Shown: positions 11,959 to 24,742 of the stretch, piece by piece
How positions within the stretch are numbered: position 1 is the stretch's first letter
How the letters are laid out: every line of letters starts with the position of its first letter
Source of the DNA: Octopus sinensis
Taxonomy: Eukaryota
Reading direction: 5' to 3'
Assembly: GCF_006345805.1 (NCBI RefSeq)
Contig: NC_043019.1
Location: 3,286,001 to 3,350,000 of the forward strand
DNA: 64,000 nt
Position numbers and translations under genes: made by a program
Notes under the pieces: model-generated
The model's input: the letters and a program-made list of their open reading frames with translations, nothing else
Databases searched by the model: none
What the model was told of the DNA's origin: nothing

Positions 11959-12900
11959 GAAACCAAGCTGATGTCGACCAGAAACACACGCATCAATGGT
12001 TACGAAGCTCAGGGCTAAAAGCAGAGAGTGAAAGATTCATATTAGAGCAGAGAGTAAATTAAGTTTTATATTAAAGCAGAGAGTGAAGGTTTCATAAGAC
12101 CAAAGCTTATTAACCTGGAACTACTAAGCCAATCTGATAAAAAATGGAGCTGGCCCAAAATGCCGATTCTGTAACAATAAGATTGAAACTATAGGCCACC
12201 TAATCACAGGGTGTAGAGTCTTAGCACCTGTAGAATATAAAGCAAGACATGACAGAGTCGGCCAGTATTTATACTGGACAATATGTCGGCATTGTAAAAT
12301 CAAAACCGCTGACAAATGGTATAAACACCATCCTGAAGCTGTGACTGAGAGAGAAAATGTGTCAATTCTCTGGGACTTCCCCGTGCAGACCGACAAGACT
12401 ATAAAAGCTAATAAACCGGATATTATAATAAAAGATCAGACAAAAAGGTGTGTTTATTAATTGACATGAGTATTCCTTGCGATCACAATATAGCGGCGAA
12501 AGAATTTGACAAGATCAGTAAATATAAAGACTTGCTAATAGAACTTGAAAAAATGTGGCATCTCAAGGCATCTACAGTACCAGTGATTGTAGGATCTCTA
12601 GGAATGATAAAAAAAAAGTACTGAAACCTATTTGAAAATGATACCAGGCTTACCATCCCTACAGGAAGTGCAAAAAAATCGTGTTGACTGGAACAACTCA
12701 TGTACTGAGAAGAGCATTATCACTGTGAAAACAACATCCATTCATGAATTTATTTATTTATTTATTAATTTTTTAAATACATATTTTACCTGTGAATTTG
12801 CGTGTGTAATCTGGGAATGCATACAATGAGCTTCTCTGCCCTAGGTGTACGGAAAACACTCGGCGAGAAATGGAAGAAAATTTGAAGAAAAATAAAATGA
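11959..12900 (+). mobile_element. Second R4/Dong subfamily, degraded 3' portion
   Basis: HQWLRSSGLK, KYKARHDRVGQYLYW, ILWDFPVQTDKTIKANKPDIII, KEFDKISKYKDL. Diverged from the first copy and followed by (AAT)n. Confidence 0.85.
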
Positions 12901-12908
12901 TAATAATA

Positions 12909-12946
<38 letters not shown>

Positions 12947-13119
12947 TAATAATAATAATAATAACAATGATGATGATAATGATGATGATTTCATGTATTT
13001 GACTCAAGGGTGAAGGATGAGAGGGATGATAATGATGATGATTTCAAATTTTGGCACAAGGCCAGCAATTCCAGTATTGCAAAACATTTTGGCTAGCACG
13101 CTAACAATTCTGCCAAATA

Positions 13120-13360
13120 TCTTCAATTTTTTTTTTGCTGCTTTTGTGTTTGAACACAAGCTGCAGCATCCAGTTCTCTGTACGAGATAAGTACCTGTCC
13201 ATTGCTATTGTGGAGGTCCTATAACACAGTTCTACCTGCATCATTCCTCTTCCCCTATTACTTCTAGGTAGATACAGGCGATCAACGCCTGCTTTTGGAT
13301 GGTGCATGTTCTTAGATGTTAGTAGTTTTCTTGTCTTCCTGTCCAGGCGTTGAAGCTCGA
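13120..13360 (-). mobile_element. R4/Dong fragment, inverted orientation
   Basis: ELQRLDRKTRKLLT..MHHPKAGVDRLYLPRSNRGRGMMQVE is homologous to 10590-10720. Confidence 0.85.
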
Positions 13361-13365
13361 TGATT

Positions 13366-13590
13366 ATTAAGGCGGTGAGCTGGCAGAATTGTTAGCACAC
13401 TGGACAAAATGCTTAGCGGTATTTCGTCCGTCGCTACGTTCTGAGTTCAAATTCCGCCGCGGTCGACTTTGCCTTTCATCCTTTCGGGGGTTGATGAAAT
13501 GAATACCAGTTACACACTGGAGTCGATGTAATCGACTAGACCCTCCCCTTAAATTTCAGGTCTTGTGCCTTTAGTAGAAAGGATTATTAT
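13366..13590 (+). mobile_element. SINE family B with alternative tail (tail 2, ends AAAGGATTATT)
   Basis: Head AAGGCGGTGAGCTGGCAGAA.., B-box GAGTTCAAATTC, core GTCGACTTTGCCTTTCATCCTTTCGGGG. Confidence 0.85.
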
Positions 13591-13919
13591 AATTGTAACG
13601 CAAAGAAGATGAAAACAATACGGCATCGACTGATTCACAATTAAAAATGAGGAACGCGTCCTTTAGGGAGAAACCAGTCTGAGATTGAACAATATGTCCG
13701 TATTTTAAATTCTGATTTTTTTTTAATTCGAAAAATTCAATTTTTTAATTTTTAATTCGAAAAAAGAATTTTTTTTGTTTTCTTCAAAGTCATATGTTTT
13801 CCAAAGTCACACAGAAAGTCTTATGAATTTCTGTGTGCAAAAACGTAAAAAGCTTTCAAAATTGCAAAACAAAAAAGTTATGAGGGGTTAGATGGCGTGC
13901 TTAAGGCAGAATTCCGTCG

Positions 13920-14690
13920 ATACCCATATTTATCTAAACACCAGTAAGCTGGTAGATATAAGAAAGAGTATAATGAAAAGAAGACTTATAGAGGCAGAGC
14001 TAAGCAGAGTATAGTGTTCAGTACGACCTAAATAAGAACCAACAGGATGTAAAAGAAGCACAAGTTGTTATCTTAATGTTCCCATAAAATCAAATAGAGC
14101 CAGAGACTGAAAATAGGATGTGTTGAATCAGAAATCAAATGACAATGGAAAATGGCGGAAATGATTGCTAACGAGAGAGAGAGAGAATTAACGGTTTGAG
14201 GAAGGAAATACTGAAGATATCAAAAGCACACAGGAAGAAAATGTAACGGAACTTGTTAAAGTAAGCAACATAAACATGGCCGAAAGGGAATCACTGTCAA
14301 ATTTAACAAATGAAAACAAGCATAAGAAATTGATGAGGGCAAGAAACGCTGCAATCTAAAATCTCGGCCTGGTAGAGTTTAATTTGACTGACCTCGATCA
14401 ATTAATCTATGCCTCGGCCAAAACATTTGAATTAAATGCTCCAATAAGAAAGTAACAGATCGAGCTGCTCAACAAATATAGATAGAAGTTGGGAAAATAA
14501 ATTGATCTCCTACGAGGAGAAATATCGATCTTGGACGAATACAGCAAGAACAATAATGAGAAAACAAGGGAAGGAAATAAAATAAAGGAAAACAATACAG
14601 ACCGAATAAGACAGAGGACATACCATCGATCAAAGAACAACTTAAAAATAAAATAAAAGCTAGAACCCAACAAGTATAGCAGTGGTATAC
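13920..14690 (+). mobile_element. Degraded N-terminal region of an R4/Dong ORF
   Basis: Peptides SKLVDIRKSIMKRRLIEAEL, LTDLDQLIYASAK, KIDLLRGEISIL and IKEQLKNKIKARTQ resemble the pre-RT region of R4/Dong ORFs (from recall of family patterns). Confidence 0.55.
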
Positions 14691-15238
14691 TGGTGACTTC
14701 GAAGTTACGGTGAGGAAATTCGAAATCAAAGCCACTTGAATTCCGTCTCAAGAAAATTATTAGATTCTACAGCTGTATCAAACCCTTGGTCAGTGTATGT
14801 TGCCTGATGATCTTTTATGAGTTCATTTGTGGGTGTATGTGCATGTGCTTGTGTAGGTGGGTGAGAAGAAGAAGGAGAAGAAGAAAAAGAAGAAGCTGAT
14901 GATGATGATCATGATGATTATGATGGGAGGAGAGAAAGTGAGTGGGAAAGTCAGACATGGAGAAAAAAAAATTTTCAAAGTCTGAAAAAATATAATCTCA
15001 ATAACACACACACACACACAAATACATTCATGCAAACATATATATATATATATATACACATATACTTACACATGTATACAAATATATACACATATAACGT
15101 TGAACATAAACAAATATCACTTCCAGAAAATGGTTTAAGTTTCCTAAATTATTCATTTTTTTCTATCCTGCAATGAAAGAAATTATTGGGAAGAAATTTG
15201 TTCTTCAAAAGTCATTGAGTATTCGTGTGTGTGTGTGT

Positions 15239-15288
<50 letters not shown>

Positions 15289-15522
15289 TGTGTACACATA
15301 CATACACACACACACATCATTGACGTTATAAGAATTTATAATCTTGGAGCGAATATGAAATAGTCCATGGAACGGTGGATTTCGAACGCCTTCCACTTTC
15401 TCTACCTATCGGGTTTTTTAACCTAACGTTTGCGCTATCATTTGCAGTTTTATTTGCTTCAAGAACTATTGTTCCACATAAGAATTAGATGTGTGTGTGT
15501 ATGCTCATATACATATTCATAT

Positions 15523-15908
15523 GTGTGGAAGCACTCCGTCGGTTACGACGACGAGGGTTCCGGTTGATCCGAATCAACGGAACAGCCTGCCGTGAAATTA
15601 ACGTGTAAGTGGCTGAGCACTCCACAGACACGTGTACTCTTAACGTAGTTCTCGGGGATATTCAGCGTGACACAGAGAGTGACAAGGCTGGCCCTTTGAA
15701 ATACAGGTACAACAGGAACAGGAAGTAAGAGGGAGAGAAAGTTGTGGTGAAAGAGTACAGCAGGAATCACCACCATCACTGCCGGAACCTCGTGGAGCTT
15801 TAGGTGTTTTCGCTCAATAAACACTCACAACGCCCGGTCTGGGAATCGAAACCGCGATCCTACGACCGCGAGTCCGCTGCCCTAACCACTGGGCCATTGC
15901 GCCTCCAC
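15523..15908 (-). mobile_element. SINE family C with a different 3' tail, 12-bp TSD
   Basis: Same head/core as 8700-8888. TSD ACATATTCATAT at 15511-15522 and 15909-15920. Confidence 0.85.
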
Positions 15909-17006
15909 ACATATTCATATACGTATGTATGTATGTATGTATGTATGTATATGTATGTATGTATGCATGTATGTATGTATGTATGTATGTATGTATGTAT
16001 GTATGTATGTCATTTTATATTACTTAATGTTAATCTTTTGTTAAAATGTCACTTGGCGTTTATTATATGGCGTGTTGTAACAAGTCAAGATCAAATAAAC
16101 GGAATATATCGTATGCTAATGGATTTATTATTTACCGCTTTCAGTATATTTCTTTTTAAATGTGTGTGCATGTGTATGTATGCGTGTGCATGTGAGTGTG
16201 TGAATGTATATATATATATATGTGTGTGTGCGAGTGTGAGACTGTGTGTACGCGTGTATGTACGTATGCAGCGTAATATTACACTTTCCAGTATTACACT
16301 AGCCAAATTATTAAATGACTTCGTGCCAGAAATGGAGAAGCAAGACTTGCCGTCATCAGATATGGTCTCGTTGCCACTGGAGATCTGAACGTACGACGTG
16401 TGGCTTATGTAAAAAAAAAAGTCGGAACGAAATTTACGGATAAAAGTGCACCCTGAAATTACATATCATATAAAATGAGACGCCTTTTTAGCCACAAATT
16501 AAACGGGATCAACCTAAGGGAAATAACACCGATGATAAAAAAAAATGAACCAGCCTTGTTCTGTCCCATTTGGAGCTTGGTTTTTGTGCTTTGATTCTTG
16601 AATTTTATTCCGGTGTCTTAAAACACGTGTTGCCCCATTGACGCATTCAGGCCTCTAGTGGCTAAAAATTGAGGCCGTGCTTCTCTTGTTAGTTATTTCT
16701 GATGATTGCTGGATTTGTCTTTTCCATTTCCGATATGAAACTATTTAGTAATTTAGTCAGCTTAAGATTATAATGCTACATAAATAACGCGAATTTACGA
16801 GAACTCCCATGAACGAAGCGAGACTGTTTTCCGAAGTAGAAGCGAACACCTTTCTCCGTGTGATCGGCTTGACAAATTGTTAAGACACAGGATATATTTT
16901 TACTTTTCTTAATATGAAACCAAAGATAGTCTTAACTCGCAAATGATAAAGAAATTATTTATCCACCAATGCGGTGGTGAGCAGTTATTTCATCGTTCGA
17001 CATATA

Positions 17007-17041
<35 letters not shown>

Positions 17042-17061
17042 GTGTGGTGTGGTGTGTGTGT

Positions 17062-17335
17062 AGTGGAGGCGCAATGGCCCAGTGGTTAGGGCAGCATACT
17101 CGCGGTCGTAGGATCGCGGTTTCGATTCCCAGACCGGGTGTTGTGAGTGTTTATTGAGCGAAGACACCTAAAAGGTCCACGAGGCTCCGACAGGGGGAGG
17201 TGGCGATCCCTGCTGTACTCTTTCGCCACAACTTTCTCTCACTCTTTCTTCTGTAGGCCTGCTCTCTTTGAAGGCTAAAACAATGCGAGGAGCATTGTGA
17301 CCAGCGATGTGTAGCAACATCTGATAGCACGGTGA
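17062..17335 (+). mobile_element. SINE family C copy
   Basis: GTGGAGGCGCAATGGCCCAGTGGTTAGGGC..GGTTTCGATTCCCAGACCGGG head plus core. Confidence 0.85.
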
Positions 17336-17401
17336 CATATATATATATATATAATATATATAATATATATATATATATATATACATGCATGCATACTCAC
17401 T

Positions 17402-17442
<41 letters not shown>

Positions 17443-17796
17443 ATATATATATATTATCTACATTTTCTATTATGTGTCTATGTACATGTGTGCATGTAGT
17501 CTCTATAACATTCGTATCTAAGTCTTATGTTTGTCTAGAGCCAGGTCAACATCATGTCCTGCTGTCGACGCTTAACTGAGGCTGAAAAATATCTTCAAAG
17601 TTTCCAGCTTGTCTCTAAAAAAAAACATACCACTTTGATTTTTCTTAATAGCACATTAAATCAGGAGGGTTTCTCGTTCGTTGAGACTATCTCCATTTAT
17701 CTTGAGATTATCTCCGATTGGAGATTATTTCTAATTCTCATTCGGCATAGATAGCAATCTCCCCTAGGTGCTTGTTTGCTTTCTCTCATACCGAAT

Positions 17797-17950
17797 ATAT
17801 AGGGTGTTCAAAAAGTCTCTCCACAGCGAATTTTCTTTATCCAAAATGTATTTCAAAACAAGTGTAGAAAATTCAACTTAAGTATTGAAACTGATGGACG
17901 ACACTTTCAACACCTCTCATAAAGTTTTTTCAAGTCTTGTAAAGTCTAAT
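17797..17950 (+). mobile_element. Tc1/mariner-type remnant (TIR-like start and transposase C-terminus)
   Basis: TA-TAGGGTGTTCAAAAAGTC TIR-like sequence, and IETDGRHFQHLS* resembling the mariner/maT C-terminal GxHFEHL motif. Confidence 0.45.
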
Positions 17951-17970
17951 ATATTCTTTGTAGTCTTATA

Positions 17971-19523
17971 TCTGTTTCTTTATTACCCACAAGGGGCTAC
18001 AGATAGAAGGAACAAACAAAGACAGACAAACGGATTAAGTCGATTACATCGACCCCAGTGCGTAACTGGTACTTATTTAATCGACCCCGAAAGGATGAAA
18101 GGCAAAGGCGACCTCGGCGGAATTTGAACTCAGAACGTAACAGCAGACGAAATACCTATTTCTTTACTACCCACAAGGGGCTAAACGTAGAGGGGAAAAA
18201 CAAGTACAGACAAACGGATCAAGTCGATTATATCGACCCCAGTGCGTAACTGGTGCTTATTTAATCGACCCCGAAAGGATGAAAGGCAAAGTCGACCTCG
18301 GCGGAATTTGAACTCAGAACGTAACAGCAGACGAATACCTAGTTCTTTACTACCCACAGGGGCTAAACACAGAGAGAACAAACAAGGACAGACAAACGGA
18401 TTAAGTCGATTATATCGACCCCAGTGCGTAACTGGTACTTATTTGATTGACCCCGAAAGGATGAAAGGCAAAGTCGACCTCGGCGGAATTTGAACTCAGA
18501 ACGTAACAGCAGACGAAATACCTATTTCTTTACTACCCACAAGGGGCTAAACACAGAGAGAACAAACAAGGACAGACAAACGGATTAAGTCGATTATATC
18601 GACCCCAGTGCGTAACTGGTACTTATTTGATTGACCCCGAAAGGATGAAAGGCAAAGTCGACCCGGCGGGAATTTGAACTCAGAACGTAACCAGCAGACG
18701 AAATACCTATTTCTTTACTACCCACAAGGGGCTAAACACAGAGAGAACAACAAGGACAGACAAACGGATTAAGTCGATTATATCGACCCCATGCGTACTG
18801 GTACTTATTTGATTGACCCCGAAAGGATGAAAGGCAAAGTCGACCTCGGCGGAATTTGAACTCAGAACGTAACAGCAGACGAAATACCTATTTCTTTACT
18901 ACCCACAAGGGGCTAAACACAGAGAGAACAAACAAGGACAGACAAACGGATTAAGTCGATTATATCGACCCCAGTGCGTAACTGGTACTTATTTGATTGA
19001 CCCCGAAAGGATGAAAGGCAAAGTCGACCTCGGCGGAATTTGAACTCAGAACGTAACAGCAGACGAAATACCTATTTCTTTACTACCCACAAGGGGCTAA
19101 ACACAGAGGGGACAAACAAGGACAGACAAGGGTATTAAGTCGATTATATCGACCCCAGTGCGTAACTGGTACTTAATTTATCGATCCCGAAACGATGAAA
19201 GGCAAAGTCGACCTCGGCGGAAGTTGAACTCAGAACGTAACAGCAGACGAAAATACCTATTTCTTTACTACCCACAAGGGGCTAAACACATAGGGGACAA
19301 ACAAGGACAGATAAACGTATTAAGTCGATTATATCGACCCCAGTGCGTAACTGGTACTTATTTAATCGACCCCAGTGCGTAACTGGTACTTATTTAATCG
19401 ACCCCGAAAGGATGAAAGGCAAAGTCGACCTCGGCGGAATTTGAACTCAGAACGTAGCGGCAGACGAAATACCGCTAAGCATCTCGCCCGGCGCGCTAAC
19501 GCTTCTGCCAGCTCGTCGCCTTA
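17971..19523 (-). mobile_element. SINE-B head-to-tail octamer (8 x ~184 bp) with a single complete head and a 12-bp TSD
   Basis: Marker ACCCACA(A)GGGGCTA recurs at 17985, 18169, 18352, 18535, 18720, 18901, 19085 and 19270. The head is only at 19470-19523. TGTAGTCTTATA at 17959-17970 and 19524-19535. Confidence 0.92.
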
Positions 19524-19719
19524 TGTAGTCTTATACCATCTTATAAATATTTATTTTACAATAAAATACTTACTGCGGACAGACTATTTAACACTCTATA
19601 GTTTCATCGTATCAAGAATTTTTCTTATACTCTATTGAATGTATTCTCATTATCATTGCTGCCCAAATTCCTGTTACTTGTCACTTTGGATTATTTCTGT
19701 CTCATTTTCGTTTTAATTA

Positions 19720-20066
19720 CATACATATATTCATTCATACATACATGCATACATACATACATACATACATACATACATACATACATACATACATGCATAC
19801 ATACACATACACACATACATGCATACATACATGCACACACACATACATGCATACATACATACGTATATACATACATATATACATACATATATACATATAC
19901 ATACATATATGCATACATACATACATATATACATACATGCATACATATATACATATATACATACATACATACATACATATATACATACATAAATACATAC
20001 ACACGTTCATTCATAGAAACATACATTTATTTGTGTAGACACACTCGCACACACACACACACATGC

Positions 20067-20151
<85 letters not shown>

Positions 20152-20170
20152 TGTGTGTGTGTGTATACGT
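19720..20170. repeat. Compound (TACA)n/(TA)n/(TG)n microsatellite
   Basis: Direct inspection. Confidence 0.95.
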
Positions 20171-20760
20171 ATATTTATATATGTATTATGTACGTATGTA
20201 TAAATGAGTAGGTTTTTTGTAGTCAGATAGATAGGTTAAATAGAAATACGCATACATATGTATATAAATATATTCATATAATACATATATGAATATATGC
20301 ATATAAATTCGTGTGTGTGTGTGTGTATAAGTGTAGTGTTAGGGCGTGCGTATATAAGTGTGCATCCGTATGCGAGTTTGTCTCTCGCCATTAAAATACT
20401 CCACGACAGTAACTAAGACATCAAATATTGCGTATATGCGGTAAAATTAGTTAGAATGCTTGGTACATTGTTTGCAGAATAATGTGTTAAGGAATGAATT
20501 GTAATTGATAGAGATATTGCATGTGGTCAGGAATTAGAGAGGGACATTGCGAGATCATCGGCCATTTATGCAGACAAAAGTTCTCATTACGACCGCAAAA
20601 GACTTCAACCATACGTATGTAAATATATATGCGCAAATACATATATGTATATGCGCGTGTGTGTGTGTGTGTATGTATGCATATATATGTGTGTATATAT
20701 ATCTGTGTATATATATATATAATAATATATAATATATATATATACATACATATTATACAT

Positions 20761-20803
<43 letters not shown>

Positions 20804-21459
20804 CATATATACGAATATTAAACGTATATATGATAGATCGATGTATGTTCATATGGATAAATATATATGTATAATATATGTATATATGTGCTTGTATGTA
20901 GACTTGTATGTGTGTGTGTTTAAGTATATATGTATTTATATTACATACACATATATGTAAGCATGTATATGTATCTATGTATTATTTAATATATGTATAT
21001 ATATATATATATATGTATGTATATATATATACAAAAATACATACATATATATATATGAACATATGCATGTATGCATTATATATAATATATAATATATATA
21101 TATATATATATTATATCTACATATAACACACACACACACATATAAGCAGTCGTTGTTTATAACAGACAAGTGTAAAAGTACTTACTGCATTGGTGAAACA
21201 TAATTTTATTTGTCCAACTGATGCCGTTTGCCGTTTAACAAACTTCTACGATGTCTCAATCAGACACCATACTGTTTAACGATGAACAACATGCTTTTAG
21301 CCAAAAATAGTCTTGAGCTCCCAGAATCGCAGTGGCCACGATAGACCACACACACACACACACACGCAGACACACACATACACATATTATATGTGTGTGG
21401 TTATGTGTTTTTATATGTATATCTGTGTATATGTATGTGTGTGTGTATTTCTCTTTTAT

Positions 21460-21670
21460 TCTCTGTTACTTGTTTCAGTCATTTGACTGCGGCCAAGCTG
21501 GAGCACCGCCTTTAGTCGAGCAAATCGACCCTAAGACTTATTCTTTGTAAGCCTAGTACTTATTCTATCGGTCTCTTTTGCCGAACCGCTAAGTTATGGG
21601 GACGTAAACACACCAGCATCGGTTGTCAAGCGATGTTGGTAGGGACAAACTCAGTCACACAAACATAAAG

Positions 21671-21703
<33 letters not shown>

Positions 21704-21873
21704 CATATATACGACGGGTTTCTTTCAGTTTCTGTCTACCAAATCCACTCACAAGGCTTTGGTCAGCCCGAGGCTATAGTAGAAGGCACTTGCCCATGGT
21801 TCCACGCAGTGGGACTGAACCCGGAACCATGAGATTGGTAAGCAAGCTACTTACCATACACCCACTCCTGCGT
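21460..21873 (-). mobile_element. SINE family A, near full length, with internal CA/TA microsatellite
   Basis: tRNA-like head, core, internal microsatellite and 3' domain, collinear with 34845-35257. Confidence 0.85.
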
Positions 21874-21880
21874 CTTTATG

Positions 21881-21920
<40 letters not shown>

Positions 21921-22204
21921 TATTTATTTTTAATTTCGTTCCACTTAATTATTTTATGAATTTGCAATTTATCTATTTTCTTCAAATTACACATTATCTT
22001 TCTTTTTTTTTTTCATATTGTATGAGATATAAAACCTCATTTCATATATATTTCATATTATAGTCTAAAAGTTCGCTCACCTACCGCCCGTTTCAATGCC
22101 TGTTATCTGTTTTCAGTAAATCCATCAAAAGAGACTACTTACAATGAAACCTGTCTGGCATTTACCCTAAAAACACCTATCTTTTGCTCTGCTTCCATTT
22201 ACAT

Positions 22205-22578
22205 ATATATTGTCTTTCGTCTTTTCAGTTATTAAACGGCGGCCAAGCAGGAGCACTACCTTGGAGGATTTATCCGAGCAAAATGGATCGTCTTTTGCTG
22301 GACTGCTAAGTCACGAGGGAACGAAAGCAAGACAATACTGGCGGTCAAGCAGCAGAGCAAACACAGGGACAAACACACACATAAAGACACGCATATATAT
22401 ATATATATATGTATGTGTGCGCCTGGTTTCTTCTGGTTTCTATCTCCCAAAAACTCACAAAGTTTTGAACGACCCGGGGCTAAAGGGAAAGTCACTTGCC
22501 CAAAGCGCCAAATTGTGGAACTGAACCTGGAATCGTGTGATTGAGAAGAAAATTTCTTACCTCACTGCCACGCATGCT
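22205..22578 (-). mobile_element. SINE family A, older degenerate copy
   Basis: Collinear but diverged relative to 21460-21873. Confidence 0.65.
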
Positions 22579-22653
22579 CCTATGTAAATGCATATATATA
22601 TAGTGTGTGGTGTGTGTGTGTGTGTGGTGTGTGTGTGTGTATGTATGTATATA

Positions 22654-22689
<36 letters not shown>

Positions 22690-23327
22690 ATGTGTGTATA
22701 TATATATGTGTATATATTATATATAATATATATATATATATTATATATATATATATTTAACATATATATTGAGAGAGAGAGAGAGATAGATATTCAACTA
22801 CACGCATATGTATACATAGAGGCATATATATTTATGCGAGTATATACAGTATATAAGTATATATTATATATATATATATTTTTGTGTATATGCATATATA
22901 TCTATATATGTGTGTGTGCATGTGTGTGTGCGTGCGTGTGTATGTGTATGTGTGTGTATGTGTAAAACTTAGCAGCGTCACTCGATGGCTTCACTGTTAA
23001 TATAAAGAGGTAAAGCGGACCGGCTGGGGAAGGATTATGAAATTATTGTATTATGGATAACTATATTGTTTGGGTTTTTTTCTCCCCCATAAAATATGGA
23101 GGGAAAATGGAAGATAAAAATGTGTAATTTATTGACGATAACCAAGAAATTAAAAGTTAATTAAATTATGCATTAAAAAAGATTGATAAAAAATAATTGA
23201 CAATGGATGAGAATTAAATTGAAAAAAATACGAATTATTAATAATTTCAGTCAAGAATCTGGCGACTGAAAAAGCAAATACAGTGATTGAAAGAATGGAG
23301 TGGATTAGATATGTGTGTTTGTGTACA

Positions 23328-23363
<36 letters not shown>

Positions 23364-23373
23364 TATATATAGT

Positions 23374-23407
<34 letters not shown>

Positions 23408-23499
23408 ATATATAATATATATATAACATACATATATACGTATAAATATATATACATATATATATGATATGCGTGTACACACACATACACATACACACA

Positions 23500-23537
<38 letters not shown>

Positions 23538-23708
23538 GTATATACATGTATGTATGTATATATATAAGACAAGGTATAAATAATGATCATTACATATAAA
23601 TATATATATATATATAAGGTAACATATATACGTATGTATAGTATGTATATATATACATACATATACATACGTATATATGTATGTATATGTATGTATATAT
23701 AATATATA

Positions 23709-23750
<42 letters not shown>

Positions 23751-24599
23751 AAGATAGAGAGAGAGAGAGAAAAAGAGAGTCGGTGATGCGAGATACACGA
23801 TTAGGCTTGTTATATATATAACACACACACATGCACGCACATACATATGCACACAAACACACACACACACACAAACACATATGTATATGCATATATACCA
23901 CCACATCAGTATGACAACAAATATTACTGCCGCAACTTAACTCCTACAACATAGTCGTCATATTATCACCTTACCATCACCACCACCACCACCACCACCG
24001 CTACCACAACCACCACCACCATTACCATCACCACCACCACCACCACTACCACCACCACCACTACTACAACCACTGCATCAACACTGCAAGCGCTGCTTCA
24101 TCGTCGCAATACAGCTTGGGAGCACTAAAACTTCCTTCGAAGTCAGCTGTGATCTTCCAGTGCTTAGCTCCATGCAGAAATCTGGGCTTTAGTTTCCCTT
24201 CATTAACTTATCCTGAGTTACCATTTTTCACATCAAAACCTCACGTGGTACTGGCATGTATCCCGTTATAAATCCCTCTCCGAAACCGTTATCTAGGGAT
24301 CAGTTGAAAGATGGTAAAGACGTGGTAGTCAAAGAATACTGTAGTACGACAAAATCAAGAACTGGACAGATTTCAATAACAGGAGATCAATAGTGGTTAC
24401 TGACTACCTGAGCGTCTTGAAGGGCATTCCAAACACTGGCTGTGCCACCATTCTCGAGAGAATGATAGCATACGAAATAATTTTGTTCTTTTTTAATATA
24501 CATTTTTAATATACATACAGTTTTAGCCTCGTTGTGAAAGATACAAAAAGTGTTTACACAGCAAGTTGTGTATACTTATGGCTAGTGAATGAAATCGTT

Positions 24600-24742
24600 C
24601 CAACCATTTTAGAGGCTGGCAGTCCTTCATTACAGAACAAAATACTTATATTTCTTACATTATTTACATTATTTACATTCGACGGATATTTGTCCTCATC
24701 TTGTTTGTTGTTATCACAACGTTTCGGCTGATGTACCCTCCA
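24600..24742 (-). mobile_element. PLE-type terminal remnant (same family as 62710-62900)
   Basis: Reverse-complement match to 62800-62880 (gagggta.atcagccgaaa.gttgtg.taacaacaaacaaga.gagga.aaatatcc). Confidence 0.7.

Noticed and set aside
17062-17137. SINE heads as functional tRNA genes (also 8810-8888, 54425-54500)
   Set aside because: They continue into repeat bodies with TSDs and lack a complete cloverleaf.
17971-19523. CRISPR-like or retrozyme array
   Set aside because: There are no unique spacers and the context is eukaryotic. No CTGANGA hammerhead core was found on either strand of the 184-bp unit.
19635-20207. Long ORFs of H/T/Y/I, M/Y/V/C, poly-I/N/L or poly-P/H (also 3684-4694, 6178-6717, 9570-10255, 22588-23906, 35501-36220, 43800-44927, 57969-59377)
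   Set aside because: They are translations of stop-free microsatellite frames, not genes.
20478-20620. Plus-strand exon candidate ending at GTATGT (20615)
   Set aside because: Frames from the nearest good acceptor are closed by stops, and the donor abuts a microsatellite.
21180-21350. Minus-strand GTAAGT donor at 21185-21180
   Set aside because: All upstream frames contain stops and there is no other support.
24070-24220. Minus-strand frame VNEGKLKPRFLHGAKHWKITADFEGSFSAPKLY as an exon
   Set aside because: There is a stop immediately upstream, no pyrimidine tract, and no recognised homology.
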